64,000 bases of DNA from contig JAHRHZ010000264.1 in the NCBI GenBank assembly GCA_024137785.1, positions 16,705,946-16,769,945 of the forward strand, in the 5' to 3' direction. Position 1 is the first letter of the stretch. Every line of letters starts with the position of its first letter. Made by a program: the position numbers and the translations under genes. Below, piece by piece: positions 50,367 to 63,942 of the stretch. Under the pieces are notes generated by a model. It ran no database searches and had not been told where the DNA came from. It saw only the letters and a list, made by a program, of their open reading frames with translations. The stretch is from Ginglymostoma cirratum (Eukaryota).

Positions 50367-50395
50367 ATGGCATCATCCTTACAGCTCACCATTAG

Positions 50396-50470
50396 ACATA
50401 AGACCGTAAAATCTAGAAGCAGAATAAGGCCATTCAGCCCATTATATCTGTTCTGCCATTTGATCATGGC
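50396..50470 (-). mobile_element. Short CR1 3'-end fragment
   Basis: 'cataagacc...agaagcagaataaggccattcagccc...ctgccatttgatcatggc' antisense CR1 tail. Confidence 0.65.
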
Positions 50471-51108
50471 AGTAGTAACTTCACTTTGTGCCTTAATGGG
50501 ATGACTCAAAAAATTTTGGTTCACTCTTTTCAGTATCACATCATTTTTGTTGTTGCAGGAGGAGAACACCAACATTTCAGAAATACAAGTTTTCCAATTG
50601 TTGAAGTGTCCAAAATTGAGTCATCAACATATTGGCTCAGTCCATTTCTTATTTATGAGGCCTAGATTCTCCAAGAGACTAGTACAAAGGCCAAAATGTC
50701 TATTTTAGATCACTCTTGTTCACATCCCTCAATGTCTATATTTTGAGATGATACAGCCACAGACGCAGCTTTTCATAATCCTTCGGTGAGCTGCTCACTC
50801 CTGACATTAACTGCTTCTACCTCAGCCAGGATTTTCTTTTCAGACAAGAGCAGACTGGTATCCTTGCAAGACCTAACTGATTTACATCTTGGTGGACAGT
50901 TCCTTTCATATACACATTTGTTTCTTCTCCAAGGACATTTCTCACTGTTTTTACACAATTGTTTTGTCTATTCCCAATTGACTAGGAATGAAGCACTCAG
51001 AAAATGAATCCTTTAGAAATTTATTGAGAATATCTTGGGATTGTCCTAGCCTGTTAATTGGGATGTCCCATTCTGACAAAGGCCCAACAAAACTTGTGAA
51101 ACATTAAG

Positions 51109-51466
51109 TCAGAGATAGTAAGAACTGCTGAAGCTGGAGTCAGAGATAACACAGTGTGGAGCTGGAGGAACACAGCAGGCCAGGCAGCATCAGAGGAGCA
51201 GGAAAGCTGATGTTTCGGGTCGGGACCCTTCTTCAGAAATGGGGGAGGGGGAAGGGAGCTCCGAAATAAATAGAGAGAGGAGGGGTGGAGCTGGAGAAGG
51301 TAGGTGGTATGGTGGTAGGTGAGTGCAGTAGGCAGTGGTGGGGATTGGTCAGTGAGGCGGGAGGAGCAGATAGGTGGGAGAGAAGATGGACAGGTCAAGG
51401 AAGTGGAGATGAGAGGGGCTGGGGAAGGTAGGTGGGATGGCAATAGGTGAGTGCAGGTAGGCAGTT
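51109..51466 (-). mobile_element. Penelope-like terminal repeat (pseudo-LTR) fragment with hammerhead-like core
   Basis: Minus strand has a C/T-rich leader, then CTGAAGA-A-GGGTCCCGACCC-GAAA-CATC (51236-51209), a tail shared with the 95-nt unit, and an extension 'ccagcttcagcagttcttactatctctga'. Confidence 0.75.
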
Positions 51467-51770
51467 GGTTGTGTCCATACATGTTAGAACTACTGATACT
51501 GATCTCCTTCTTTACCGTGACTATTATTATTTTCTCCAAAATTAAGAAAATCCCAAGAAGTGTTGAAGGCCTGCAGGTATTGGCAAGCCCAACAGCCTAA
51601 CAGGCCAACTGTGAATCATAGCTACGTCCAGCATTGCAATTACTAGATGCAGGGTGATTTAGTTGCCATTTCATTTTGCTTTATTTGATATGCAACTTGC
51701 AGAATGGGATATTGCTGAGGTAAGAGAATCTAAAAAAGGAAATTTTGTTCAGCATAATAAACACAAACAT

Positions 51771-52049
51771 TTTAGGGTGAGAGGAGAAGATTTAAAAGGG
51801 ATCTGAGGAACAGCTTTATCAAACAGAGGGTAGTTCATACATGGAATGAACTGCCAGAGGAAGTGGTAGATACAGGTACAGTTACAACATTTAAAAGATA
51901 TTTGGACAGGTACATGAATAGGAAAGGATCAGAGATAAATGGGTCAAATGCAGTCAAATGGGATTAGTTTGATTTGGGCAATTTGGTCAACATGGACAAT
52001 TTGGACTGAGAGGTCTGTTTCTGTGCTGAATGACTCTATGACTCAATGA
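51771..52049 (+). mobile_element. CR1 3' fragment
   Basis: F.QRVV..WNELPEEVV..GTVTTFKRYLDRYM motif and a 'tgactctatgactc' tail. Confidence 0.85.
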
Positions 52050-52505
52050 AATGTATTCATTTACACTGGCTGACATAGATTTTAAAGTTTCTAGACTGGT
52101 AACATGAATAAAAATCTGTATTTTTATACAAGATTTAAGAGCACTAAAATAAACTATTGGTTTGAGGTATCATGCCATTATACTTGACAGCATTGAAGAC
52201 AAAGGGCATTTAGTGCAACAAATTTTAAATCTCACACATTTTGCAACAAACATTTATTTTCAGCACTGGTGCAAATAATTCATCTGGCTAAAGGAAATGT
52301 AATCTTTAAAGCATGATGGATTTGAGTGGGAGGAAGGAGTTTAATCCCATAAAACTGACACTGGGTCCAGATCCCTACATCATCCCATCATCTTCTAGAT
52401 TTCACTGAGGCAGGATTGAAAGTGAGCAGGGAACCGTGTGCAAATGTTGGTTGTTGTGACTCCCTAGGATAGTCCACTGAAAGTCTAGCTCACTATTCCC
52501 AGAGT

Positions 52506-53399
52506 TGTCACAAAACTTAAAGATTTTAAAATGTACACAATGTTCCCCAATTTACCTGACTTTCAGACCCAGATTGATAAAAATTCCAGACCAGGTTTTG
52601 GTACTGAATAGGAATCACTGTTTTACAAGTAATTAGACTATACCAACAGGCAAACAATTATAAATATCAACATGTAATACAACCAATCAAAACTCTAATC
52701 CCCTTATACGTTTACCCTCACATGCACAGACAAATAGCCAGGGTGAAATAGGTTGTGGACAGAGGGAAAAAAGTGGGAAAAATAATTCAGTAGTCTGTGT
52801 TCTAGCTTCTGAGTTTGAGATGATCTTTACGAATCTTCTGCTACTGACCAGCTTCAGTTCTCTTTCTCCAGATGGTCCCACTGGTTGATAAGAGACACAC
52901 AGTGGCTGATTTAGTTATAAAAAGTCTCTGGGTTATCAGTTAAACATCACAGCTTTTTGCAACTGTTGCAGGAAGGACAGACTAGTTTTCTTCAGGTTTA
53001 CAATAAGTTTTGACTGCAAGAAAAGAGAGATTACACTCAAGCTGGGCAACAACGTAACACATCTCCTTCTGTTTGTTAATTTGATCCCAGCTCTGAGTTG
53101 TTCAGTTAACTGAGAACCAACCACACAGTAGCTGGCAGGAAAAAAGGTCTCTGTCATTGATAAGTGGTCACTGGTCCAGAGACAACTCAATTTTTTATTG
53201 CCAGCAAAAGCTGTATCTGTACACCAAAATGTCTGCAACTCAGTTCTTCAATTATTGCTTGTTCAAACAGTGGTTCACATGCTGCCTGGTTATTTGCTTT
53301 CAAACTGCAACTACTCTGAATCAGTGGTTTATAAAACAGCTCTTTCTCATTTCAGTCCACAGTTTCTACAAACATGAAATAAAAAGTCATGGCCTTACA
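52506..53399. mobile_element. Possible old solo LTR
   Basis: Bounded by TGTCACA...CCTTACA (TG..CA with imperfect inverted ends); no TSD found. Confidence 0.3.
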
Positions 53400-54203
53400 T
53401 GGCTAAGTAATTAAAATAATCAAATAAATGATTAAATACTGATGTAACACCAAATTTTGCATTCAACAGCAGGAGCAGCTGATTCCTGAGCAACTTGTTA
53501 GGGTCACTGAGATAAGTGCCCAGTGGGGTGAATATTCTTAACAAGCTGGAAAAACTTCGATCAGTGGAACTAAAGTGCACCAGCTATGGATGTTGAGAGT
53601 ATGCTATTCAAAACACAGCCTTTTGGAACAATACCTCGTTCCCAGTGTAACAGGCAGGAACACATTGCCAATGGCTGTCACATCAAAGTGCCTGTCACGA
53701 GAACTGCTTTCCCCACACTCCCTCCCCCAGTGCCAATAACTCTTTCTTTTGTCAAGTTCTGAGCTATCTTCTCCTGTGAGGAGAGAAACAGGCAGGTGTA
53801 AGTGTTTAAAATTATGTGGAGAGAAAGGAAGGATCAAACTTTGGAGGAAAACTATAATGCATGGGCGTGTGTATTAGTATAACGGTGAGTGAGTCTGTTA
53901 GCTGCAAAGGTGAAGATAGTAGATGATGGCTGCAGAGAGAGGAAGCTGTGTTGTGCTGAGGAGTTCTGTGTTGGAGAGTCAGTGTAGAGGAAAATGCTTT
54001 GCCACTCATCTTTCCCACTCCTTTCAGGTCCTAGATCCCATTGGGCCACTGTCTCCAGTTTTCAGGTGCCACGCTTCTGCTGTTGAGTTCCTTGTGCTTG
54101 CTTGTTGAAAAGGCTATATGTTTCTTTCTGTCTGTAGAAGACCTCACTTCACTGTGGTCCATCAGATTCCCTAGTAAAACTTGCATGTAAGAGCAGATAA
54201 GAT

Positions 54204-54244
54204 TGTCTGTGTGTCTGTGTGTGTCTGTGTGTGTCTGTGTGTGT
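54204..54244. repeat. (GTGTCTGTGT)n simple repeat
   Basis: About 4 units seen directly. Confidence 0.85.
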
Positions 54245-54889
54245 TGAGGGTGGGAGAGTGTTGAGGGTGTGGGTGATCATGGAGAGTTACAATTTCCCAA
54301 GTGTCCCCTCTGTTTGGTGGTTGAATGCTGCTCAGTCTCTTTAACACATGGCAGGATTTCTTTAATTTGAAATTATTTCCTACGACAGAATGAAAGCATC
54401 ACCTCAATTGATAGCTGTTTCTTTACCAGTTGGGTTCTGAGCCACAAGTGGTATCACTGCTCCAGCAGGAATGAAGTTGATTAAATTCTGCCCATCAGAC
54501 CAAATGAATGATGTTTTGTTTTCTCAAACTTAATTGCTGCATAACTCCGTTTCTACACAAGCGAAGTATTTCCCAGCAGTTCTTCCACAAGATCTCTGGA
54601 CTCATGAAAAGAGTTTGCTGGTTGCATTTTTATGGTGCATACGTACCACGACATACACTGGGCTGTACTGTTATCTATGGCCTTATCAAAGTGTATTTCA
54701 GAAGAACATGGGTTTCCTTCAAACACTTCTGAAGGAATTATTCAATAGTAGTGATCAAAAAAAATAAAGAGACAGATTTAATTTTGATAGTGAGGAAATA
54801 ATGACGTCAAATTACACATCTCCCTCCAAAACAGGAGTGTTTATTGTTCAAATATGGGATGTTTGAGATGTCCTCAGAACCTAACAAAG

Positions 54890-55260
54890 TGCTTTATTAA
54901 ATTTCAAAAGCGAATTATTTTAAAGTGCAAGGCTGTTGTTAGCACAATATTTCACACAGCAAAATCTTGTAAGCACTGATGTGTTGTTCCTAATTGGGCA
55001 GTATAGGTTAAAGGAGTAATATTGGTATATATTGACCAGGACACCATTCCCTTTTTTAAATGGTGCTCTGTCATCCTAATCATCCACTTCAACAAGCCTC
55101 AAATAGGTATCTCATAGGAAGGGTACTACATCTCTGACTTTAGAACATTATTTCAGTCCTAAACTACAACTTGAGCGTAGATCACAGTGTTCTGTAGGGA
55201 GTGGAACTTGAACCCTGATCCTTGTGAATCAGGGAGAAAATATATTAACTGAGTCAAGCT
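54890..55260 (-). mobile_element. Degenerate Deu-domain-type SINE
   Basis: tRNA-like head on the minus strand (agcttgactcagtt...gggttcaagttccactcc); 'tattgaccaggacacc' resembles the antisense Deu core. Confidence 0.5.
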
Positions 55261-56308
55261 AACTCTAGAAAAACAATGTGATTTTACTCGATTGCTTCAG
55301 GAGTCTATTGTTGAGATATTCTTGTTAGCAATATTAGTTGTCAAAGACTAGCATTACAAACAATTTTATTCTCAGGAGCTCACTATTTTAATGAAGAATT
55401 TATTATTTTCTCTGTCCACTTTTCTTGGAGAATAGCAGCCATACCATCACTGGCCAAAGGCTGAGGGCATGATCAACAATCAACCTTTGTCAATTGAGTT
55501 CTAAAACCGGTTTATAGCAAGTGAACATTAGATTATATTCCCTTTCAAAGGGGGTAGTCTGATTCCTGTGCAACATCTTTTCTCAATGATATGCTTCCAA
55601 TCATGGATGCCAACAAAATTTTGTTCTGCAGGTTGTTGTCAGTGCAAGATGGAAATCATGTGCTGCAGCTATTTGCCACCAGAGATATGAATAAACGGGC
55701 TAAGTAATGGTCCACTTAAATCACCGCTGACTCAAATATTAATGAACAATCATGAGAAAGAGAAAAATGCAACATGAAGAAAATGTTACAAAAATAAATC
55801 TCTAACATGGTTGAAATGGGAAAAAAGTGAGAGCTCACACTTGCGATAGCTTTTAGCGCCAGAGACGTTTACTGGCAATAACTAAAACATCTGACTTCCA
55901 GAATGGTAATGTGTCTTGAGTGATTTCATTTAACTTGGTGTGGAGAGATTATTTCATATCTACCACGTATGTAAGAGAACTTCATCTGCTCAATGCATAT
56001 AAATGGAGAGAAAGGCAGTGAGATGCCTTTCTCGTCAAACTAACTGCAGACCTCCAACAAAACATTTTGACTTTCACATTTAATTCACATCAGCCCTTTC
56101 CTGAAGTTACTGTGCCATCTGCAAATAAGTAGCAGTGAGTATTATTAACTTTGCCATTATTTTGACAGAAAGGTTTATGTCAATAGCTTGGTGAAGACAA
56201 TAATCTTAAAAAAAACATACTCATTTAGCACTGAGTGCATTGCATTATATTATTTCATGCAATACCTGTGCATATGTTCATGATCTGCCTGCACAACACC
56301 ATAATTCA

Positions 56309-57531
56309 TGGCCCAGATTTCTTGATGGCCAGACAGCAATTTTTGCAGCATAGATAGGAGCTGCAAATTGGGACCCTGTGGAATCTCCGATGTAGTGGAC
56401 TCTGAGGGCATTCCCTGTTAAATTGAAAATTCTGAGTAGCAATTCCCCTACACTTGGAACTCCCTGAAACTCTCCATTTAAATTGGAGAATTTGGAGGGT
56501 TCAGCTGTTGTTAAATAAATAGCTAATCAGGAAAACTTAGATGATTAAAAACCCAGTCTAATTCAACTGACTCCCAAACCTCCCACAAATGTCCCCAGCT
56601 ACACTTCACCGAGACCTCTTACACTCCCCAGACTCTGATTCAACACTCCCTGTTCCCCCTGGACTTGGCTACCACCCACCACTAACCATCACCCACCTTT
56701 AGCCCTGGACCCAACACCATTCTTCTCCAAGGCATCCAACACCACACTTTTTGCTTCAGACATGACACCTATCACCCTCTTAACCCACCCCAACACTCCA
56801 ACACTACTTCTCCCTACCACCAGAGCAGCCAAATCCCATTCTTTCAGAACCCAACAACCCTCCCACCAATAGAATTCCTTAACCTGTCTCCATGGTAACC
56901 TGACCCAATGGGTCTGACACCCTCCAGCCCCCAACTAAACTGAACTCCCTTAAACACCCATCATTTAGTTGTTCTTGTTCCCACCTTGTGCCCTAACACC
57001 CTATCTACCTGTGACCCTGGCCCTGCCAGCTATCTACTTGGCACCCTACTTCCCTGGCATACACTACCCACCTTCCACCCTGTCCCTATACCCTCCTGGC
57101 ACCCTAGCCCCACACTTACCTTACATGCTTTCCTTTTCACAGAAGTTGGCTAAACGGCTGCCTATAATGCTGAATGTTTATCCTGCACATAAAGTACCTC
57201 TGCATTTCTGATGGAACCATTATCAGAATCTCCTATCAGAAATGTGGACTGCTTTCATAATACAAAAAGGAGTGGTATGGCAATCTGAGTATGATTGGCT
57301 TTCCTTAGAAAATCCAACCCCATGTTACCACAGCCATTGTTACTATGCATTGTATGCTTTTCTGTTGTTTTGCAAGCTAATAACTCAGCAATGTCACACT
57401 ATTCATTTACATACCAAAGTAGGAAACTGGGGTTTTCCACAATTGTTTATTTGCACTTCATAGTTAAAAATAAATTCTAGTCTGCCATTTCCCCTTCCTA
57501 ACCAACTTCCCTTACTGGGGAAAACCAGCCC
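56309..57531. mobile_element. Possible non-autonomous DNA transposon with C-rich low-complexity interior (56570-57130)
   Basis: Imperfect inverted ends ggcccagatttc ... gaaaaccagccc; abrupt change in composition. Confidence 0.3.
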
Positions 57532-57576
57532 TTAAACACATACCGAGAGTATACCCTGGTTCATTAATGGCTCTTG

Positions 57577-57675
57577 GGCTGTTGTGATACAGTCCCTACC
57601 CCTGATGTAGGAAGACCTGGATTCAAGTCCCCACATGTTCTGGTGCATAATAACATCTCTGAATGTTAGAAAATA
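57577..57675 (+). mobile_element. Short tRNA-derived SINE fragment
   Basis: B-box-like 'ggattcaagtccc' after a degenerate A-box. Confidence 0.4.
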
Positions 57676-59354
57676 TATATTATAGTTCATTTTTAAACAG
57701 GTCATTATTGACAAGATTCTCAAGCAACAGTGATCGTACCAATTAATATTTTTGGTCATTAACATTGAAATTCTAGATAGAATATGAAGAATATCAGAAA
57801 GTTACATAATTATCATGCAACACTTTAAGACACAGTGGCACATTTCAGTTCCTTTTAAAATTTGGGCCCTACAGGCTTTAGAATTGATAGTAATTAATTT
57901 GTTTGCATTTCTTAATTTATGTTACATATGTAAATACAACATGGTAAAGAAAGTTAAGTGCTTAAGACATCATTGCATTCAGACTTACATGAATGGAAGC
58001 AAATGTCTTCAGGTTGTTTAGAGACTAATCAGCTGTTAAAAAGTGTAAGTTACGGGTGATTTAAAGCATTTTCAGGTAGGTATGTAACTGTTATTGTGCA
58101 TGGCTCAAGGTATTAAGGGATTAGTCATCCAGGACATCAGCAGAGTTACTAACTTTACTGCACATATATATTACATAACATATGTAGAATTCAAATCACT
58201 GTGAGAGCAGCCTTGACGTACAGAGTAAAACACAGTTTCTTTTGTCAGTCAGACATCAAAGTGATGTTAAATCTACATCCTTATTAAAAGTCATGCCAAC
58301 AGAGAACTGGAAACAATCTAATACAACCGTCGGATGACTGTAATTGGATTTTTACATTAAAAATAAAAGCAAAATGATCAATTCGTCATTTAATAATAAT
58401 TAAACAAGGTGTTGATATCTCATCAATTTTTCTAAGTCGACATAATATTTTACATGTAAAATTGGAAGAGAATTATTGCACAGAAAGCATGAGTATTTTA
58501 AATTCACAAAGGTTATTCAGTACCCAAAGGGTTTTTATAGAGTAATGCATGCTTGCATATTTACAAAACAACTTTTTCAGTCAAAGCCTGTAATTACAGG
58601 CCAATCACTCAACACAGAGCTCTTGAACCCATTAAAGTTTGGGCATGGTTGGTCAAAGATTTGGGTCAGATGTCAAGGTCACATATTTCACCAAGTCTGG
58701 TTGCAGGCATTTTTCAAACTGTTCCAAAGCTAAACTTTGTTTCAAATATAATGGATACCTGGAAATGATTATAAAGCAATAATCTAATTGAGGGGTTCAG
58801 ATGATATCATAAACCAGGAAGACCAAAGCTCCAAGGTTTTATAATCACAATGAGAACCCCAAAATTTGATTGCAATTGTAATACATGTTGATAGCGTATT
58901 TTTCTTTAAGCATTTACGGTGTATTTTCAGATGTGTGTGTGGATGGAGACGTCGGGTGTGAGCGTTGTGGTGGAATTGAGGGGTTTGATAGGGAGGGGTG
59001 GTTGAAGGGGTTAAAGTATACTGTTTTTGTTCTGTTTTAATGTTGCACCAGCTGTCAGTAGAGACAGCAATGTTACTGTGCTGTAAGTCATTGATACATG
59101 ATGGTATTCACATAAGAAGATCATAATTGTGACATAATCATTACATAATTATTTGAAATAATGTTTAAATAATTCTTGGGAAATTTAATGTCCAGTATCT
59201 ATTCATATTAAAAATATCGTGGCCCTGAAATCAAGTAATAGATTTTCCTGGGTTAAATTTCCAACTAAAATGATTAAATATTCAGACGGTAGTACTGCAC
59301 AGCTTTGTCTTAGGATCTTTATCTTTCAATGTTGTATATCAGTGAGTCTATGCA

Positions 59355-59890
59355 AACTCAAGAACGAAAGTCGGCCATTCGACCTCTACTGTCCGATTCA
59401 GCATCTCATTAGACCTCCGCTCATTTCTTCCCCCGTGCTCCATTTATTCCTTAATATCCTGCCCTCACACAAATAATACCAATTGAATATTTCAGTTGAT
59501 CCCGCATCTAAAGCTTCTTGAGGTGAATGTTTGTGAGTTCCGTTTTGTGTGAAAAAGTCCGTCCTGATTGCAATGCAAAACTGCCTCGCTCTGTTTTAAG
59601 ATTGTACTCCTTTGCTTTGGATACACCTCACTAGAGAAAACTTTCTCCGTGTCTGCTCAACCAATTTCTTTTATCATTTTAATGATCTCAATTCATTCAG
59701 AGAAACCGCCACTCACCTCAGTTTCCAGAACTTGTTATATAAATTAGATCACGTTTATTCAACCTGTCCTCAGCTCTTTTATAATTTTGATGAAGCCCTC
59801 TGTGAATCAATAAGGCCAATATATATTAGCTAAGGTTATAGATCTAAAACTGAATGTAGACAAGGTCTAGTCAAGTCTTCATAGAACCAA
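59355..59890 (-). mobile_element. Degenerate CR1 3' fragment
   Basis: 'ggccattcgacctct' antisense tail; 'gtgtgaaaaagt', 'ctctgttttaagattgt' and 'aaaactgaatgtagac' match antisense ORF2 C-terminal sequence. Confidence 0.6.
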
Positions 59891-61599
59891 AATATTATTC
59901 ATTTAATATTACTGGAAATTTTTTGCATTGCTGACAATTTATCATATAGACAAATTCCACAAGAATACAGAGGAAGGTCATTTTCCACTTTAATTTTTAG
60001 CTTTTTATTTTTAATTACCTTTAGCATTTTACTCTTTTCTAAATTAGCCAAAGATCTGCCTGACCCAAGTCTCTTTTACATCTTCCAAGGACATAGTTAC
60101 TTCACTCTTTTGTTGAAATCATTTTGATTTTTACTTGCTCTTTTAACTCTGCCTTCCAGTTTAAGGCGGAGTTTTTGGAAAGACTTTGAATAATGTGGGC
60201 GGGTCCTGGAATTGAAGTTCTGCCCCCATTTTTAAAGGTCCCCAATTTTGCTGCGAGGGGAAAGGCAGGTGATTAACATATGCGGGAAATTTATACTCAG
60301 CAAGGCCATTTGAACTTAGTGATGAGTGCAAACAAATTTTGACTGTTACAGAACGTTACTCTATGTGAGAATCATAGTTTGATGGAGTAAATGTAAATGC
60401 ACTTGTAGGACAGATAGGGTGTGCATAACTGCCATGATGTGAAATATCTTTAATCCCTCTACACTTTAAACAGTAAAGGATTGGCGATGTTAGTAAACAT
60501 TAAATGGAAGTCCCAGCTGGACTGCTTTGATTCACAAGCCAGCCACTATAGTATCTGTCTGAGCAGTTTGGGTGGAGCTCCTTGTTGACATTTCCCTAAT
60601 TCATTTAGAATGCTTGGCTGAGTTTCAGAAAAAAAGAACTCAGCTATCTTAGCAGGGGTTTCTGAGCTGTCAGTTGATGACATCTTAAAAAGGCTATCAC
60701 ATGAATTAGGGGTTTTAACAGAGGCATTTTTAAATGAGAAATTAAAGACTTAAGAAGATTTAAGAGTTTTAATGCTTTAGTGAATGGGAGACTTTTTCAG
60801 CACCAAGTCTGTAAGTGACACATTAGATTTTTAATTTGCTTCTTTCATTTTCACATCGCTCCTGTGGCCTACCCAAGATGAATACCAGGTGAGTTGAGAT
60901 TGAATTAATATTGGGACCTGAGGGAACATGTGTGGGGCAGGGCATGTTGGCGACATGAGTTAATATTGAATTAGCATGGGGGCATGAAAGGCCATGGAAG
61001 AGGGTAAAGGGAATGAAGGAAGTGAGGGATAGAAAACTTAAAATCTTCCAGAACAACCGTGACCAAGTTGTAGAGAACTAAGGCAGACTTTCTCATCGGC
61101 TTGCCGTGGCATCCTCATGCCCTGTGTCCACCTATGCTTTACTTCTTTGTCATGATATTTCATTTTCCACCGTTTTTGTTCCTGCTCATCTCCCCTTAAA
61201 TTGAAGCATAAAATAATTGAACTGCTGATGCCCTCATTCCATTAAACAGACTCATGTGCTTAGTATGACAAATTAATGGTTAACAGATTCTTGTGAATCA
61301 TTAAGGCCAATATATCATAAACGTTTAGAAAGCTTTTAGCATGTATGTGCAGACAAATATAATAGATCAAACCCAGATCTCTGCATGAGTTTCTAAGCTC
61401 CAATCACTATGGCATTTTAAGAAATTTATTATTGTTCTATTTAGTAATTTTGATAGTCAAGGATCCACTAGTTTTGATGGAAAATTTCTGGGGAGGTAAC
61501 ATTCATTGGGCCAAATTATCCCTCGCTGTCAACTGCAGGGTAAAAAATATTGGGGAAAAGAATTGACAATTTGAACAATGACAACATTGTACATTAATA

Positions 61600-62230
61600 C
61601 AATACCTTTAAGGTGGCAAAATATAAAATGTAAGTATTTCAAGATACTTCACAGGAGTGTTACCAAATAAAATATGACACAGAGCCACATAGGACAGCTA
61701 AGTAAAAGCTCAGTGGTTTACAAGGTATCTTAAAGGAGGAAAGAGAGCTAGAGAGCAGAGTGCTCGAGGGCCACAAACGACAGGGTGTGTAAAATCAGGG
61801 ATTTGCAAAAGATCAAAATCGGTGGAAAACAAATATCTCAAGGGATTGCAGGTCTGGAGGAGGTTGAAGACACAGGGATGGACAAAACCATGGAGAAATT
61901 CAAATAATTTGAAATCAAGGATGAGAATTCTAAACTTGGGTATTTGTGTAATGGGAATTGCGTAATGTAGCTCTATGAGCTTGGGATTGAAAGTTGTACA
62001 GAATTTGCGCAAATGAAGATGCACGTCAGAGTTTTGGAAGAATTGATACTTATAAAGGAAAGAATGGGGAAAGTTGGCCAGGAGTGCATTAGAATACTCA
62101 AGTTTAAAGGAGTTGTTGTGGGTTTTGGCAGCAGACGAGCTGAGACAGGGGAGATGTTGTGCAAAGATGAAAATATAAAGTCTTAGTGAAGGCATGGATA
62201 TATGATCAGAAGCTTATCTTGATTTCATGA
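61600..62230 (-). mobile_element. L2-type LINE 3' fragment
   Basis: ORF 61710-62195 KLEYSNALLANFP...QNS...LH...FRILILDFK..LHG..P...NLLQTCNPLRYL.S matches L2 ORF2 RLDYCNSLL.GLP...QNSAAR...LHWLP...LAP.YL. Confidence 0.75.
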
Positions 62231-62944
62231 CACAAGTGGATGTGGTTTTGAAAGAGTTAGTTTGGGCTCATTATGCCCACTGTTTTAATTATTTAACCCT
62301 TTAGATTCTTTTATTTCAAAAGTAAATATGTTACTGAAGTTTCTTATGCTAAATTTGTAGGAGATTATTTCAGGATTCAAATTTTAAAAATGAGGGAAAG
62401 GGCTATACTTTGAAAAAAGGTACCTTTTTAGTAACCATCTGCCAATTTTAAAAAAAATCTTAAGGGCTGATTTTACTCTTATAACCTGTCAAAAATAGGT
62501 AACCATTAAAATAGGCCATGTAACTGCCTGATACAACTGCTATCGCATTAACGAGAAGTTGAAAGGAGCACTCACACAAGACTGTGGAGTCTTCCTTTAA
62601 ATGTGAAGATCTGGTTTGGATGCTGTCATGGAGGGCCCATTCCAGCTGCAGTATTAATTGAAGGCATGTGTTGGGGAAATTGTTGCTTCCGGCGGCTTAA
62701 TATCCCGCACCTGTCTACCAAACAACTATTGCATCCAGTTGGGTTTGTTTGGGAAACTGAAGCAGCCAATGCAGATGAATACTGGGAATTAAAATCTCTT
62801 GGGGTTTATCGTACAGAGGTCCAGGCAATTTGTCAACTACTTTGTTCTCACCCATGTCATCTCCTCCCAACCTACTTCAAATGGTGACTCATTTCAAGTT
62901 AAAATCAAGATTGGTGTTCTTCAAAGTCAATCGACAAATATTTC

Positions 62945-63179
62945 TGAAAAGATTCCACAGTGGCTGGTATCCCTTCGTCAAGTCGTCCTTTATTGACACG
63001 TGGAGAGTCCTTGACACTGATCCAGCTCTGTCAAAGCCAGCTCTCAGAGTGACAGGATGTCTGATGCTCCTGTTTATGTCTGTCAGCCAGGGTTCCCTGA
63101 TTGGACCAGGTTAACAGCCCCAGTCAGGGAATTCATATTTTATGAGGTCCACCTGACTGACCTTATTACATTCACTACA
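62945..63179 (-). mobile_element. Solo LTR (235 bp) with 5-bp TSD
   Basis: TG...CA termini; ATTTC at 62940-62944 and 63180-63184; the minus strand carries CCAAT (~63100), a TATA-like ACATAAA and AATAAA (62989-62994) in LTR order. Confidence 0.8.
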
Positions 63180-63942
63180 ATTTCCTATTGTACATTCTCT
63201 CTATGATGGTTGTAAAGGCCCTCAACCAATTGAACACATGGAAAAATGTGTTTAGTGTGACAGATATTGGGAAAAGAACTTTAGTATTGAGTATATTTTA
63301 GTGCACCATAAGAAAAGCATAAGCAAACTTTTGGAAAGTTTTTACACAATGTGTACAGATGAGTATGGCATATATCACCCATAATATTTTGTAAAGGAAG
63401 AGCACAATTTTTTTTAACAATCCATTACCTTGTTCACACAATATCTGTAGTTTCACTCTGTTAGTATTTTAATAATCATACTAGAAGGGCCCCCAGTCCA
63501 AACGTCAGGGCAATAAACTTACATATGAAGTGGCCTCTAATTAACCTCTAATTAAATGCAATGTGATAAGGTTTTGAAATGGAAATTTTCCTGAGCTCTG
63601 AATTGAATTATTACTCTATGGTTAGACAATGAATAAAAAATTAGACTTTATGAATAATAAATATTTTTGATAATATAAATTTTGGGAAAAATGTTTTAGT
63701 ACATTTGCACTAAAAATAAAGGTTTAATTGTGGCCTTAATTATGTGCAGACAATTGAAATTGACTAGTTTCCTAGAAAGAAGAGTGTTTCCTCATTTTCT
63801 GTCTGTAACGCGTACTGTGGAGGAATATCAAAGGCTGGATCAGTTGTACTTTGCGTGGATAGTCTTCATTTATTGCTGTGGAGCTTCAAATGTACTGTGC
63901 ATTTCCAGTGACCAGCAAAAATGGTAAGATCATCTGGGCACA

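Noticed and set aside
51054-51539. 161-aa Pro/Ser/Leu-rich minus-strand ORF
   Set aside because: Translation of the pyrimidine-rich Penelope terminal repeat
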